A DNA stretch of 64,000 bases. Origin: Octopus sinensis. Lineage: Eukaryota. This document shows, one piece after another, positions 51,986 through 62,616 of this stretch (position 1 is the stretch's first letter; every line of letters starts with the position of its first letter). The stretch covers positions 70,060,001 to 70,124,000 of the forward strand of contig NC_043008.1 of the NCBI RefSeq assembly GCF_006345805.1. The letters are read 5' to 3'. Below the pieces are notes generated by a model. The model had not been told where the DNA came from, ran no database searches, and saw only the letters and a list, made by a program, of their open reading frames with translations. A program made the position numbers and the translations under genes.

Positions 51986-52180
51986 CTGTGTTTGTCCCCC
52001 TAACATCACTTGACAACTGATGTTGGTGTGTTAATGTCCCTGTAACTTAGCAGTTCGGCAAAAGAGACTGATAGAATAATTACTAGGTCTACAAAGTATA
52101 AGTCCTGGGGTCAATTTGCTTGACTAAAGGCAGTGCTCCAGCATGGCCACAGTCAAATGACTGAAACAAGTAAAAGAGTA
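51775..52180 (+). mobile_element. SINE family A, full length
   Basis: Colinear with 43526-43938. Confidence 0.93.
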
Positions 52181-52306
52181 AGTCTCTTTGAGATGTTTTT
52201 CTGTGACAAAATATTACAGATAGTGCCATTCCATGTTTGTATATACATTATGAATGTTATACATACCTGTATTTTAATCTGATGTTGTTTCATATGCATA
52301 CATCAA

Positions 52307-52526
52307 CCCTTTAGCATTTAAACCAGCCACATCTGGCTCAAATATTCTACCTGTTTATGACCAAACTGGTGAGATCTGGACTCTCATACCCACCCTAAAA
52401 TGCCATTCTAAAACATAGACAATCACATCATTGAAATCTCAAAGCTAAGAGATGATGCATGATTAATTCAAAACAATGTAGATAAATAATCTCTATATTT
52501 GACAGAGTAATCTGAATATTAAAAGG
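52307..52526. mobile_element. piggyBac-type MITE, second family
   Basis: tcaa-ccctttagcattta ... tgaatattaaaagg-ttag (decayed TTAA and TIRs). Confidence 0.6.
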
Positions 52527-52899
52527 TTAGTATTACAGCTGGTGCTGTTCTACATTATATTATATACATTAGATATATCAGTATTTTAATCTAATGCTGT
52601 TTCAAGTGTGCATATTAAAGAAAATGGATTTATCTTCATTTTGAATTCAGCACTTATCATGGAAAGTTAGTTTTGATTCATTACCTATAAATCTAGAAAT
52701 GGTGAAACTTTTAGCTGTAATGCATCTGAAGGACAATCAAGCTATTGAAATTATGTATTATGCTCTGTATCATTGTATAGAGTTTGTGAGGATTCATTTA
52801 TTTTTATCATTTTGAAGCTCCTCTTTGAATTGAACTCTCTTTGTATTTTAAGCATAGCTACTGATTGAGAATAACTATGCAGTAGATTTTACCATCAAA

Positions 52900-54830
52900 A
52901 CTATATGGTAACACACTAACAAGCAGTTTGTTAAAAGTCTAAAGCAATGTAGAGAAAATTTAAATAAGTGAATGTCTTAAAAGGCATTGTTTTTTTTTTT
53001 ATGTTTTTTTTTTTTTTTTACAAAAATGAGGAATCAAACGATTTGAATTATGGCTTCAGCACCAAAAGATGTCTACCTAGAAATGTATTATTTGAACTTT
53101 TTGAGAAAGACAGTTCAAAATGAAGAAGAATGTGAAGTTCAAGAATATATGTAACACCTTACAGCATAAATTGTTATAGAACATAAAGAAAATTTATCAC
53201 AAAAACAGACAGATCTAGAAATACATTTAAATGGGACTTCAACACTTAGAATGATCTTTTGAAAAATAGCAGGTGCAACATCTACAAAAAAGACACCTTT
53301 GATACTTTATATTCTGCTAATAAGGAGACGGAACTTATTGCATCGTCTTAACATAAAGTGAACTTGCTTGAACAAAAGAGACCTTATATAACTGACAAGA
53401 ACTATGGACTAAATTGTTCAAATCATTTCTCCATTATACTCATTAAGCCAAACTAAGGAAAATTAGCAAATTGATGTTATGCAAAAGAAATGACGTTCAT
53501 AAAACTCCAGAAAATACTTTGGAATAATGGAGCATCCATTGTTAGTTTAAATCCATTATTTTTAAACTATTAGTATGCATATCCACACAGTTTGACATAG
53601 TTGGTCATTATTCTTTGGTTACAAAAACATCTACTAAAAGCTCTTTTTTAAAAATAAAACTTCATACTACCACAACAGATTAGAACAGATATAATTATTT
53701 TTGTCAGAAAATGTAATCTTTTTCTGAAAGTGTTCAGTTGATGAAACAAAATCTTGAAGTTCTCTTTGATGTAAGTACAAGTGCCAAGGATTCTGCAGAA
53801 ATTACAGATTTAATGGAATTATATTTTAAACCTTGTTTCATAAGAGGTTTCATACCATAATTGGAGGGTTTTGTAGAAATGATGGTTTCTCAATAGCCCA
53901 AAAATATAAGCAGAGTTGTTAGTATTTAATGATTTATTTGTTGACATGAACTTTATAATCACAATATTAGTCAACTATCAAGATATCTGGATAATATGCT
54001 GTACCAATCTAATGATTCATCATCATATATAGACCAACTTATACTTTTAGTAATATAGCTAAACTCCTGAGCAAGTGAATATCAGCATTTCATGTGAAGT
54101 AGCTTTTAATAGAACAATGAATGTGTATAAAAATGCCCTGGTATCTTGTGTTTTCAAGGAAGCCATTAAATATAGTAGACAGACAGAAAATAATGAGAAG
54201 AAACAGAATAGAGAGACTACCAAATAATCCCCAATTTTTCATGATTGTAAGTACGAAAATAAGCAAAACATTCCATTAATTTATCAGAAGGCATTTTCCC
54301 CTGAGCATAAATATAATAAAATTTGCTAATTGCGTTAACGAACTTTGCTAATTCTGTCATAGCCATTAACAATGGGAAGATTATGAAGAAATTAAATAAT
54401 CAGAATATTATTGGAAATAAAGCAAGAGAATATAATTGTCTTTTTACAAGTGTATGCCCAGTTAATGGACATTGCCTCAAGGAATATGTAATATATGCAT
54501 CACTTTAATGTCCAGTATTGACCTTAAATGTCATTAATTGTACAGCTATAACCAGGAGTCAATTTAAGGGTTGACTGCAGTAGCATAGCTATGCATTTTA
54601 TACACTACAAAGGCGAGCAGACATAAATTTGGCATTGAATGTGTTGTTATTGAGAAATAGTTATGTACCTTATGTCATAAAATGGGGACTTGTAGACAAA
54701 ATAGTTTCCTGTATATAATCAAACGTTTTTATATAGTATTTGTACATTGGAAAAGTTATTTATTTTGAAACATAAAACTAAAATGTTAGACATTTAGAAT
54801 TAATATGTTTTTTCTCCTATATGCTCAAGT
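52900..54830 (+). pseudogene. Degenerate Penelope-like RT + GIY-YIG ORF
   Basis: FDIVGHYS (53591), FDVSTSAKDSAEITDL (compare FDVTMGSxDGAEVCEL, 53765), GGFCRNDG (compare GLYRDDG, 53863), CPVNGHCLKEYVIYA (54455). Confidence 0.8.
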
Positions 54831-55748
54831 GTCTATTTAAAATCTTAATGGTATGCCATATAGCCTGAGGCCCTATTTTAAATTGTATCTTCTTGATATT
54901 TTCATCTTTCATATGTATGGATATGTATGTGTGGTTGAGTGAATAGACTTGTATGTGGCTACATATATATGTGTGCATGTAAGCAGACTTTCATACACAT
55001 GCATGCACTCACAAATGTGAAATAGATTTTTCAAATATATGGAAGGCTTGCTAGTAGTAGTATTTGATTTTTTTTACCCAGGTAACCCACTTAACAGTTG
55101 AAGTAGGTGTTTTGGAAACATAGCTAAATTAAGACCAGAGTCAAAAAAGTGCAAGGGGCTGTTGTCTCTGATAACACAAAGGGTTTTATTCTCAGAGTGA
55201 AAGGAAAATTATTTGATGCTTGTGTATGAAGTGTGATCCTGCATAACATCTTTCATCTATCACATTTTAGTATATAGCTATCACACAAGAGAGTTGATTA
55301 ATGTATATCATTCTTGGTCATCTGACATGAAAATTCTCATGGCTCAAGATCCACAAATGGAGCTCACTCACTAATTCATCTTTGCTTCAGTAGTAGTGAC
55401 CAACATATCTTGTCCTCCACTCTCAAATGATTGATGGTATGTCGGGGGATATTTCATAAAGTTCTGGATGCTGTTTCCATGATTTGGTGAGAACAGAATG
55501 TGACATACGTAAGTTCCATCAAGCTCACTTTATATCTCTGAACAGCAAAAAATAACTGATTCTACTACGGTTCTGAGGAATTCTGTTTTCTTCTGACCAG
55601 GCAGTATAGATTTCCAAATTATTCCTAACTTGTCCAGTGCACTCCATGTTTTTGCTATGTGATTTGATACAACTTTTTTGATGGATTGCATATCACAGAA
55701 GTGATAAGTGAAACATTTAGCTTTCTTCAGAGATGCCCCACTCAACAA

Positions 55749-56121
55749 TCATCATCATCATTGTTCGACCGTGGTCGAGAAAATGGAATTTACCATGCTA
55801 CGCCAAACTTCACGGTCCATCATGGCATTATGGAGGTCCTGTTACTGGATGCCTGTATCCCTGGACATTCCATCAGGGTAGGAGAGTGGGTGTTTGTTTG
55901 GTGTTGTTTGGTTGGGAGCTGACTCTTCTCCATGTACAATGCTTTCCAATGTGCGTAGTAGTGGCGCGCGCGCACATTATTAGCCATTTGAAAAGACTAT
56001 GGAGTTTACAATTAACTGCACCAGGGTTCCTCTTCCCCAGGGAACCATACCTAATGGTATACCTGAGGATGTAGGTCCAGCCCCTGCTTTGCCGGGTCCT
56101 GTTTCTGATCACGTTACACCT
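55749..56121 (-). mobile_element. 373 bp non-LTR retroposed insert with (TGA)n tail
   Basis: Perfect 11 bp TSD ccactcaacaa (55738-55748, 56122-56132). The LINE frame reads across the empty site. Confidence 0.85.
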
Positions 56122-56155
56122 CCACTCAACAAACTGATCTGTCCCTTCTGGTTAA

Positions 56156-57242
56156 CCCTTTTGTTACTATATTTCTGACCAAAATACACCCCTTATGTGT
56201 TTCAATTAATTTCTAACGTAATCATAAATTTAGTCTGGTTTCATTAAACAACTATAACTTTTTTATTTATCAATATATTAACATGAATTTTGGAAGATAA
56301 TTTAATGAAATGTTCTCAACCAATTCTATACTATAATTTTTGTCACAAAGTGACTCTAATTGCAGGTAGATACAGGTAAATTCAACAATATATAAAATTA
56401 TTAAAATTTTGTTCAAACATCGCTATAGAAAATGGGTTATTAGCTAATATTCAATTGGGTATACAACAAAATTTTACGATAGAATTTGTTATTCTGGGTA
56501 AATTTCTGATACCCATAATAATATTTATGGCAAAATAGGCTTTAATTTCATTTAAGGTTGTGGGAAATAACAAACTATCCTTTCTTTCGCTTTGTTTACG
56601 TTTAGCGTAACGGTTTGTTTCTGCCGTAATGATTTCAAATAGGCTCATTCGAAAAAGTAAAAAGAAATAGTTTAAGGCTTTACTCTTCTGGGAAAGTCTG
56701 TGGCTTGGTCCAGTTTCTTCAGAAAAATCACCGAAAGAAACAGTTTTTAAATTTTCACTCCATTCAGGTGCCAATTCATTTTCTTTATCGCTGTTGGAGC
56801 TCTCAGATTCACTGTTTTCACTTTCGGAAAATGAAACATCAGATTCATTATCAAATACCACATACTTTTTTTTTTCAGTCATAGAGTTAGATTTATGAAG
56901 GTCTTCAGTAGAAAATCCTTCGAATTCTGACTCGCTGCTTGATATAATGAAATTTGTATCCATTTTTTGTCAGAATTACAAATTTTGAAAACACAATAGG
57001 AACAAATTTCGGGAAAAAATCTCCCATAATTCACGGAATTAAAATTACACTTCGATTTTTGTACAAAACTGTAGTTGAACTGTTTATGAAGTATAATACG
57101 TGTTTTCACGAATGTACTAAAGAGATTTACTCTGATATTCTCATTTAAATATGAACAGGTAAATTCGGGCGGTTTGGGGCGGCTTGGTCACATTAACCCA
57201 AATTTTTTTCGGGCGGTTTCGGGTGGTTTGGTAACAAAAGGG
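56156..57242 (-). mobile_element. piggyBac element, internal-deletion derivative, 1087 bp
   Basis: TTAA TSDs (56152-56155, 57243-57246), perfect 12 bp TIR CCCTTTTGTTAC, subterminal ttcgggcggttt repeats. Confidence 0.95.
56451..56963 (-). CDS. Truncated piggyBac (PGBD4-like) transposase N-terminus
   Basis: Acidic N-terminus SSSESEFEGF, then YFFLLF..FEIITAETNRYA..PTTLNEIKAYFAINIIMGI.NLP. No DDD catalytic domain. Confidence 0.8.
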   Translation of the reverse strand: MDTNFIISSSESEFEGFSTEDLHKSNSMTEKKKYVVFDNESDVSFSESENSESESSNSDKENELAPEWSENLKTVSFGDFSEETGPSHRLSQKSKALNYFFLLFRMSLFEIITAETNRYAKRKQSERKDSLLFPTTLNEIKAYFAINIIMGIRNLPRITNSIVKFCCIPN

Positions 57243-58199
57243 TTAAAGCATATGTATTCAGTTTTCCCAACATTCACATAAAGTTTGATCCTGGAAGCTG
57301 CCTTTTCTAATGCAGGCAGTGGTTTTTCAGCATTTTTTACCTTGTCATCAAATAGTGCAAGGTCATCTGCATAAACAGCCATATTCCTAGCTGGATATCA
57401 CCTACTTCTAGTTTTCTGTTGAGTAAAACCAATGTTACAAGTTCAGTGTTATAATGAACAAGAAGGATGTTAGTATTTTCTCCTTTAGTACTGCCATCTG
57501 AATATTAAATATGGCTTTATCACCTTTGGGGGATCACACCACCAATTTTGTATTCTTATACAGCATCATGATTGCATCCATTTTTTCTTGTAGTATTCTG
57601 TAGGGCCTCATTTTGTCAGCCATCTTTGCTCAGAGTGCTGAATCAAAGGCCTTCGAGAAGTACACACAGAGTAACACTGCCTCTAAGTTCCTTGTTCTTG
57701 CTTCTTCGATGGTTTTTCTCATAGTCAATGTCCAAGTGTTGATCTGTTCTGTCTGAATCCATTCTGAGATGGACAAAGAATTTTCTTGATTTCAGACTGG
57801 ATTTTATTATGCATCATCGTAGTGGAGATTTTAGCTGTAATAGCCTTGTGATACTTTTGTAGTTGGTGGTCAGTAATAGGTCCAGACCCAGATTGCATCA
57901 TTGCAGGATTGCTGGGGAATATCATTAAATCTTCTCATCTTTCATACGTCAGACGATACTTAATCTTAACCAATGGCTTTCTTGTTCTTCAATCTCTTCA
58001 AAAGTGCTTCCAACTCATTTTCAATAAATGGGCCTTTCTTGATAGTGAGTTCATTTTTTTATTATTCTCTGAACTGAGACCATTGGTGACAGGATGTCTC
58101 TCCACTAGATTTCCAAAACGATCTTTCCATTTCTGTAACCTTATGACTGGAAGCAACTATCCAATGGTGTAAATATCAGAGATCACTTTACTATAATTC

Positions 58200-58565
58200 T
58201 TTGAAATCATTTCAAGCTGCTTCAAGACAAAGACAGTCTGTCCAACTCAGCTCATATTCATACTTTGTAAAAATACACAAGAAAGCTGCTGTTAAGTATC
58301 ATGGGAGAATGAAGCAGTGGTTCAAAAAGGAGCAAGTGTGAAGAGTATGGTAAAACTGAAAAGTCAGTTCCCTACTTAAGTGAACATTAGCAAATACATA
58401 AATGCAAGGAGAATCTAGAAACATACAAGCGAGAATAGCAGAAGTATATTCAACAACAGGAAAATATCATTTGTGTTGCTGTAAACAACCAGCAAGCTTC
58501 AGTCACCTGGCAGACAGTAAATGATTTTAGTGGAAGGAAGTGATCAGCTCATGGCAAACTGAAAA
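58200..58565 (+). pseudogene. Inverted 5' segment of the RTE-group LINE
   Basis: KYIQQQENIICVAVNNQQASVTWQTVNDFSGRK*SAHGKLK, the linker expected just upstream of RLQKWK. Confidence 0.65.
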
Positions 58566-60048
58566 CACCTATATACATATATATTATATATATACACCTG
58601 TGTCTCATTGAGAATATCGTTAGTATGTGTATTGTAAAAAGAATTACAGATATGATCCTCTGCAATTTTTTACAGTAATGAAATTAAAGTAAAAGCTTTA
58701 GAGTTGTCCTTTCACATTGAAAATAAAACTTGAATAACAATAGTTTGTAGTATTAGTAAACACAGACACATGTAAGCACCTATGTATGTGTATATATCAG
58801 TGATAATGTAAATATCTGGATACTAGCATATGAATGCAAACTTCCTTATAGAAAACAGTTTTGGTTGTGTATATACTTTAGATAAAACATTAATATACTA
58901 TGTGAGGTTGTCGTGTTGGAGTGACATCCCTTTGTTTGCAAACATATTTTCAATGGATTAGATTTCTTTTTGTTGTCCAGGTAAACTTGATGAAGAATAA
59001 ATAAATAATAAGTGAAAGATACAACGATATTTACTTTAACCTAGTGAAATGAATATAGTTAGGTATTGACGCCATCATATACATACTTTACAATGCAAAT
59101 CAAAAACATGAAAATTCAAATATAGATAAATAGTAAGCAACATTTGCATGCACGAAAAAATATCCCATGATGATTTTATATATATATATATATATACTAT
59201 CTGATAATGTGATCATGCAGTAGTTACTTCAAATAAAGAAAAAAGACAAAAAAAAAGATAGTTTTTTTTATTTTGATTTTAGCATTTAACATGAATAGGT
59301 TGGTTTGATTCATTACCTGAAAATCTGGAAAGTGAATTTTATATTTGTAATGTAACTGATGTCTTAGGCAAACATTCGAATTTAAGAGTATAGGAGTACT
59401 GGAGAGTATGGCATTACACTTTTGTCATTACTACTGCTGGTAATCTCAGTCTAGGTTGGTAGTGCCTGGAAAAAGCTCCAGTTCTTAGTCAAATAGCAGA
59501 AGCTGGTGAGGTAGCTAAGGCATACAAGGCACAGAAGAGCACTGGCTCCTAGAACTTGTGTCACAAAAGCTCACTAGTATATGAACATGCTTTAGTGTCA
59601 CATGACTAGTGTTTTTTCTTAATTAAAAAGGCCCTGGGCCTCAAATATAAGAATGGGAGAATAGGAGACTTGCAAAATAAACAATAGATATATAGGCTAA
59701 TAGCAATAGGAAACTACTGCTGTATTTTTCCCTCAAGAAAAGTCATGAAAGCTCGGGCCTTGGCATTGAGATCCATAACTGCTAACCGCTGTAAGCACAT
59801 GAAGGGAATACAGCTACTAAGTTCTAAGCAACATGTATCTCACATGGATGTGTATCATACTCTTGTGTGTTGTAAGAAGCAGCTTCATGAGTTTCTATAA
59901 TGAACGTCATTTGCTCATAAAAATTACCTCAACAACTCCTGTCTAAGTCATGCTTGCACAGAGAAACCATAAAATCAATGATGGTGTTTGTGATGATGAT
60001 GATTTCATTATATGCCAGCATAGAAAGCAGCTGTAAAATAAAAATGAA

Positions 60049-60420
60049 GAGGCACAAGGTGTGACTGTGTACTAAGAAGCTTGTTTTCCAACCTCATGGT
60101 TCTGCCACAGCATGGCACCTTGGGCAAATGTCTTCTGCTATATCCTTGGGCTGACCAAAGCTGTGTATATGGACTTGGTAGATGGAAACTGAAAGAAGCC
60201 CATCGTATATACACATGTGTGTGTGTTTGTGTCTGTGTTTGTCCACCACCAGCACCATCACTTGACAACCAGTGTTGGTGTGTTTACACCCACCAAAATG
60301 ATTACTAAGCTTAAAAAGAAAAACATCATGGGGTTGATTTGTCTGACTAAAACCCTTTCAAGATGGTGCCCCAACATGGTCACAATCAAATGACTGAAAC
60401 AAGTAAAAAGATGAAAAAAA
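60049..60420 (+). mobile_element. SINE family A, diverged
   Basis: ggcacaaggtgtgactgtg..ggcaccttgggcaaatgtcttc..aaatgactgaaacaagtaaaaaga. Confidence 0.85.
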
Positions 60421-60894
60421 AGGTAAAACTAGTAAAACTACACACATACATACATACACATGAATCAAGGACAAAGAGGAATACATCTACAATTCATTAT
60501 CTTCCTCCGCTTAGAAGTTGCTCTATGAAATACACCAATCATGCCAGTGATAAGCACTAGGGGTTCCTGCACCAATGTACTTGTTTAAATTTGAGTAACA
60601 ATCTTAGTGTAAGTAGCTAAGAGTTTGTGTTGAGTACTGAATAAGGAATACAGCTGGACTCTTTTATGCTTGTTGTTGCTGTTGTCATTAGGAGAGACTA
60701 CTGGCAAAATAATGTCTCTAACCAAACTCATTGTTTTTAGTCCCACTACATAATGCAGCTGTTGACTGTGGACAGACATATGGTGCACTAGCTCTACTTG
60801 GTTTCTTACCTCAGCTTCAGTTTTAAGGACCAGGGTTATACTTTTCTTTCTTTGCTGTACCTATAGTAGAAAGTATTTTATTATTACTATAACT

Positions 60895-61437
60895 ATTGAG
60901 TGAGAGAGCAGTGCATGCCATCAAAGTGACACTGGGGTATGATATACAAAGCCCAGTATACTTATCATAACTGCCCATCTGACAGGGATACACCAGGCCC
61001 ATGCATCACAACCATATGTGTGCAACATTGTGATTTCATATCAAAATAAACAGTGCAGGTCCTTGCTGGTGGGGTCCAGTTAGAATTTTGTTCAGGTTGA
61101 GTAGTCCATCCCATTCAAAAGCCCGCTGAATAAGAGTTGTTTAAGGATGTTGAATGAAAAACCCATGTTTACAGAGGTAAATTATTCGAACCCCAAGGAA
61201 TTCTTTTCACACATGGCCATGATGCTCCCCCACTACTTCTGCTTGTGATCAAAGATGCACATATCAGCCACCAAGAGACATGCTCAACTGGTTAGGGTCA
61301 AGCAAGTCTGTGGTATTGAGCAGAATATTTGCTGTAGCCTAGCTTTTACACCAAGGCAAAACATGTACATGTTAACACTTCCAATTAGTTAAGATCAGAA
61401 TCCATGAGAGACAGTAGCTGGTGCTGCATGAGGGCAT
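60895..61437. mobile_element. Unclassified ~540 bp interspersed repeat inserted in (TAT)n
   Basis: Partial inverted copy at 12548-12715. tattat tracts on both sides. Confidence 0.6.
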
Positions 61438-61447
61438 TATTATTATT

Positions 61448-61813
61448 ATTACCTTTGCCTTGGTGGAGGCAGTAGTATTGTTTTCAGTCACGTTTGTTTG
61501 TTTGTTTGTCCATGGACAAAATATCTCAAGAACCGGTAGATGAATTCAGGTGAAACTTTCAGGGATGTTTAGTCTCATGACTGGCATGAACTGATTCGAT
61601 TTTGGGATCAATCCAGTACTGGACAACGATTCTGGATTTCTTTTTTTTTACACAATTTTTGAGAGCATTCGGGTTCATTTTTAGTATTCTCGTTTGTGAG
61701 AGTAGTCAAGTTTATTTTAGATATTCTCATTTTAAAAAATCATCTCTGGCTAATCGTTGAGAGGACATTGGTGTTGACTTGGCAGAGGTTTGTGCTCTCT
61801 GAGTGCTTTTGTT
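61448..61813 (+). mobile_element. Helentron-associated non-autonomous element (HINE/DINE-1-like)
   Basis: Subterminal IR acctttgcc (61451) / ggcagaggt (61781), 5' partial IR ggaggcag, (GTTT)n microsatellite, 3' hairpin gctctctgagt, T-rich insertion site. Confidence 0.8.
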
Positions 61814-61857
61814 ATTAATATTCTCATCCTGATCATCATCATCATTATTATTTTTAT

Positions 61858-62068
61858 TTAGGTAGTGAGCCAACTGAAGCATTAAAATGCTGGATAAAAT
61901 GCTGCTAAGCATTTTGTCTGTTTTTATGATCTGAGTTCATATTCTACCATGCTTGACTTTACCTTTCATATTTTTGGAGTTGATAAAATAAATACCTGTC
62001 AAGCACTGTGGGCAGTGTAATCAACTAATTCCCTCCTACAAAATTTCAAGCCTTGTGCCTATAGTAAA
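61858..62068 (+). mobile_element. SINE family B-related, diverged
   Basis: taagcattttgtctg..ctgagttcatattct..ttttacctttcat..gttgataaaataaatacc..gccttgtgcctatagta. Confidence 0.7.
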
Positions 62069-62204
62069 AAGGCTCCACTCTCTCTCTCTCTCTTGTGGTA
62101 ACCCATGTATCCTCCGTTACTGCAAAACATCTATTTCTGTCCTTCTACTTATGCACTAATCTCTCATCTCGCACAGAGCCACTTTCCTCAATACTACTCA
62201 GCCT

Positions 62205-62422
62205 CAGTTTAGGTGACCTTGTCTTGTAAATTATTTGGTGAACTCACTGTTGTTGGGGTCATGTCAAAAGCATCCAGTACACTCTGTAAAGTGTTGGCAT
62301 CAGAAAGGGCATCCAGCTGTAGAAATCATGTCCAAGCAGACAGTGGAGCTTGGTGCATTTTTCCGTATTGCCAGTACCTATCAAACTGTCAAACCCATGC
62401 CAGCATTGAAAACAGGTGTTAA
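62205..62422 (+). mobile_element. SINE/RTE-tail family C
   Basis: aaagggcatccagctgtagaaatcatg..aacccatgccagcattgaaaacaggtgttaaa. Confidence 0.75.
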
Positions 62423-62491
62423 ATTATTATTATTGTTATTATTATTATTATTATTATTATTAATATATTGTTTTTTGTTCCTTTATTTTAG

Positions 62492-62616
62492 CCTTTGCTC
62501 AATATGAAGACAATGCACCTATTCCACGGTTTAACCCGTCTCCTACCAATGTGACATTTCGAAGAGGAGAAACTGCAATCCTTCACTGTTCAATAGAGAA
62601 CTTGGGCACCAAAACA
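62492..62616 (+). CDS. Internal exon of a Dpr/zig-8/lachesin-like Ig superfamily protein (first half of Ig domain 1)
   Basis: Polypyrimidine tract and AG at 62490-62491, donor GTGAGT at 62617, phase 1/0. Encodes xFAQYEDNAPIPRFNPSPTNVTFRRGETAILHCSIENLGTKT, with an NVT sequon and first Ig Cys. Confidence 0.9.

Larger units (their letters stand above)
55250..58142 (-). pseudogene. RTE-group LINE RT relic, interrupted twice
   Basis: RLQKWKDRFGNL, SQNGFRQNRST, FSKAFDS, YADDLALF..LEKAASRIKLYVNVGKTEYICFN | QKGQISLLSG | ASLKKAKCFTY..TWSALDKLGIIWKS..FLRTVVESV. Confidence 0.88.
50790..59360 (+). mobile_element. Old Penelope-like element with inverted and direct terminal repeats and nested insertions
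   Basis: 50790-51245 is the reverse complement of 58910-59360. 52636-52730 is a direct partial copy of 59270-59360. A decayed ORF lies between. Confidence 0.7.
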
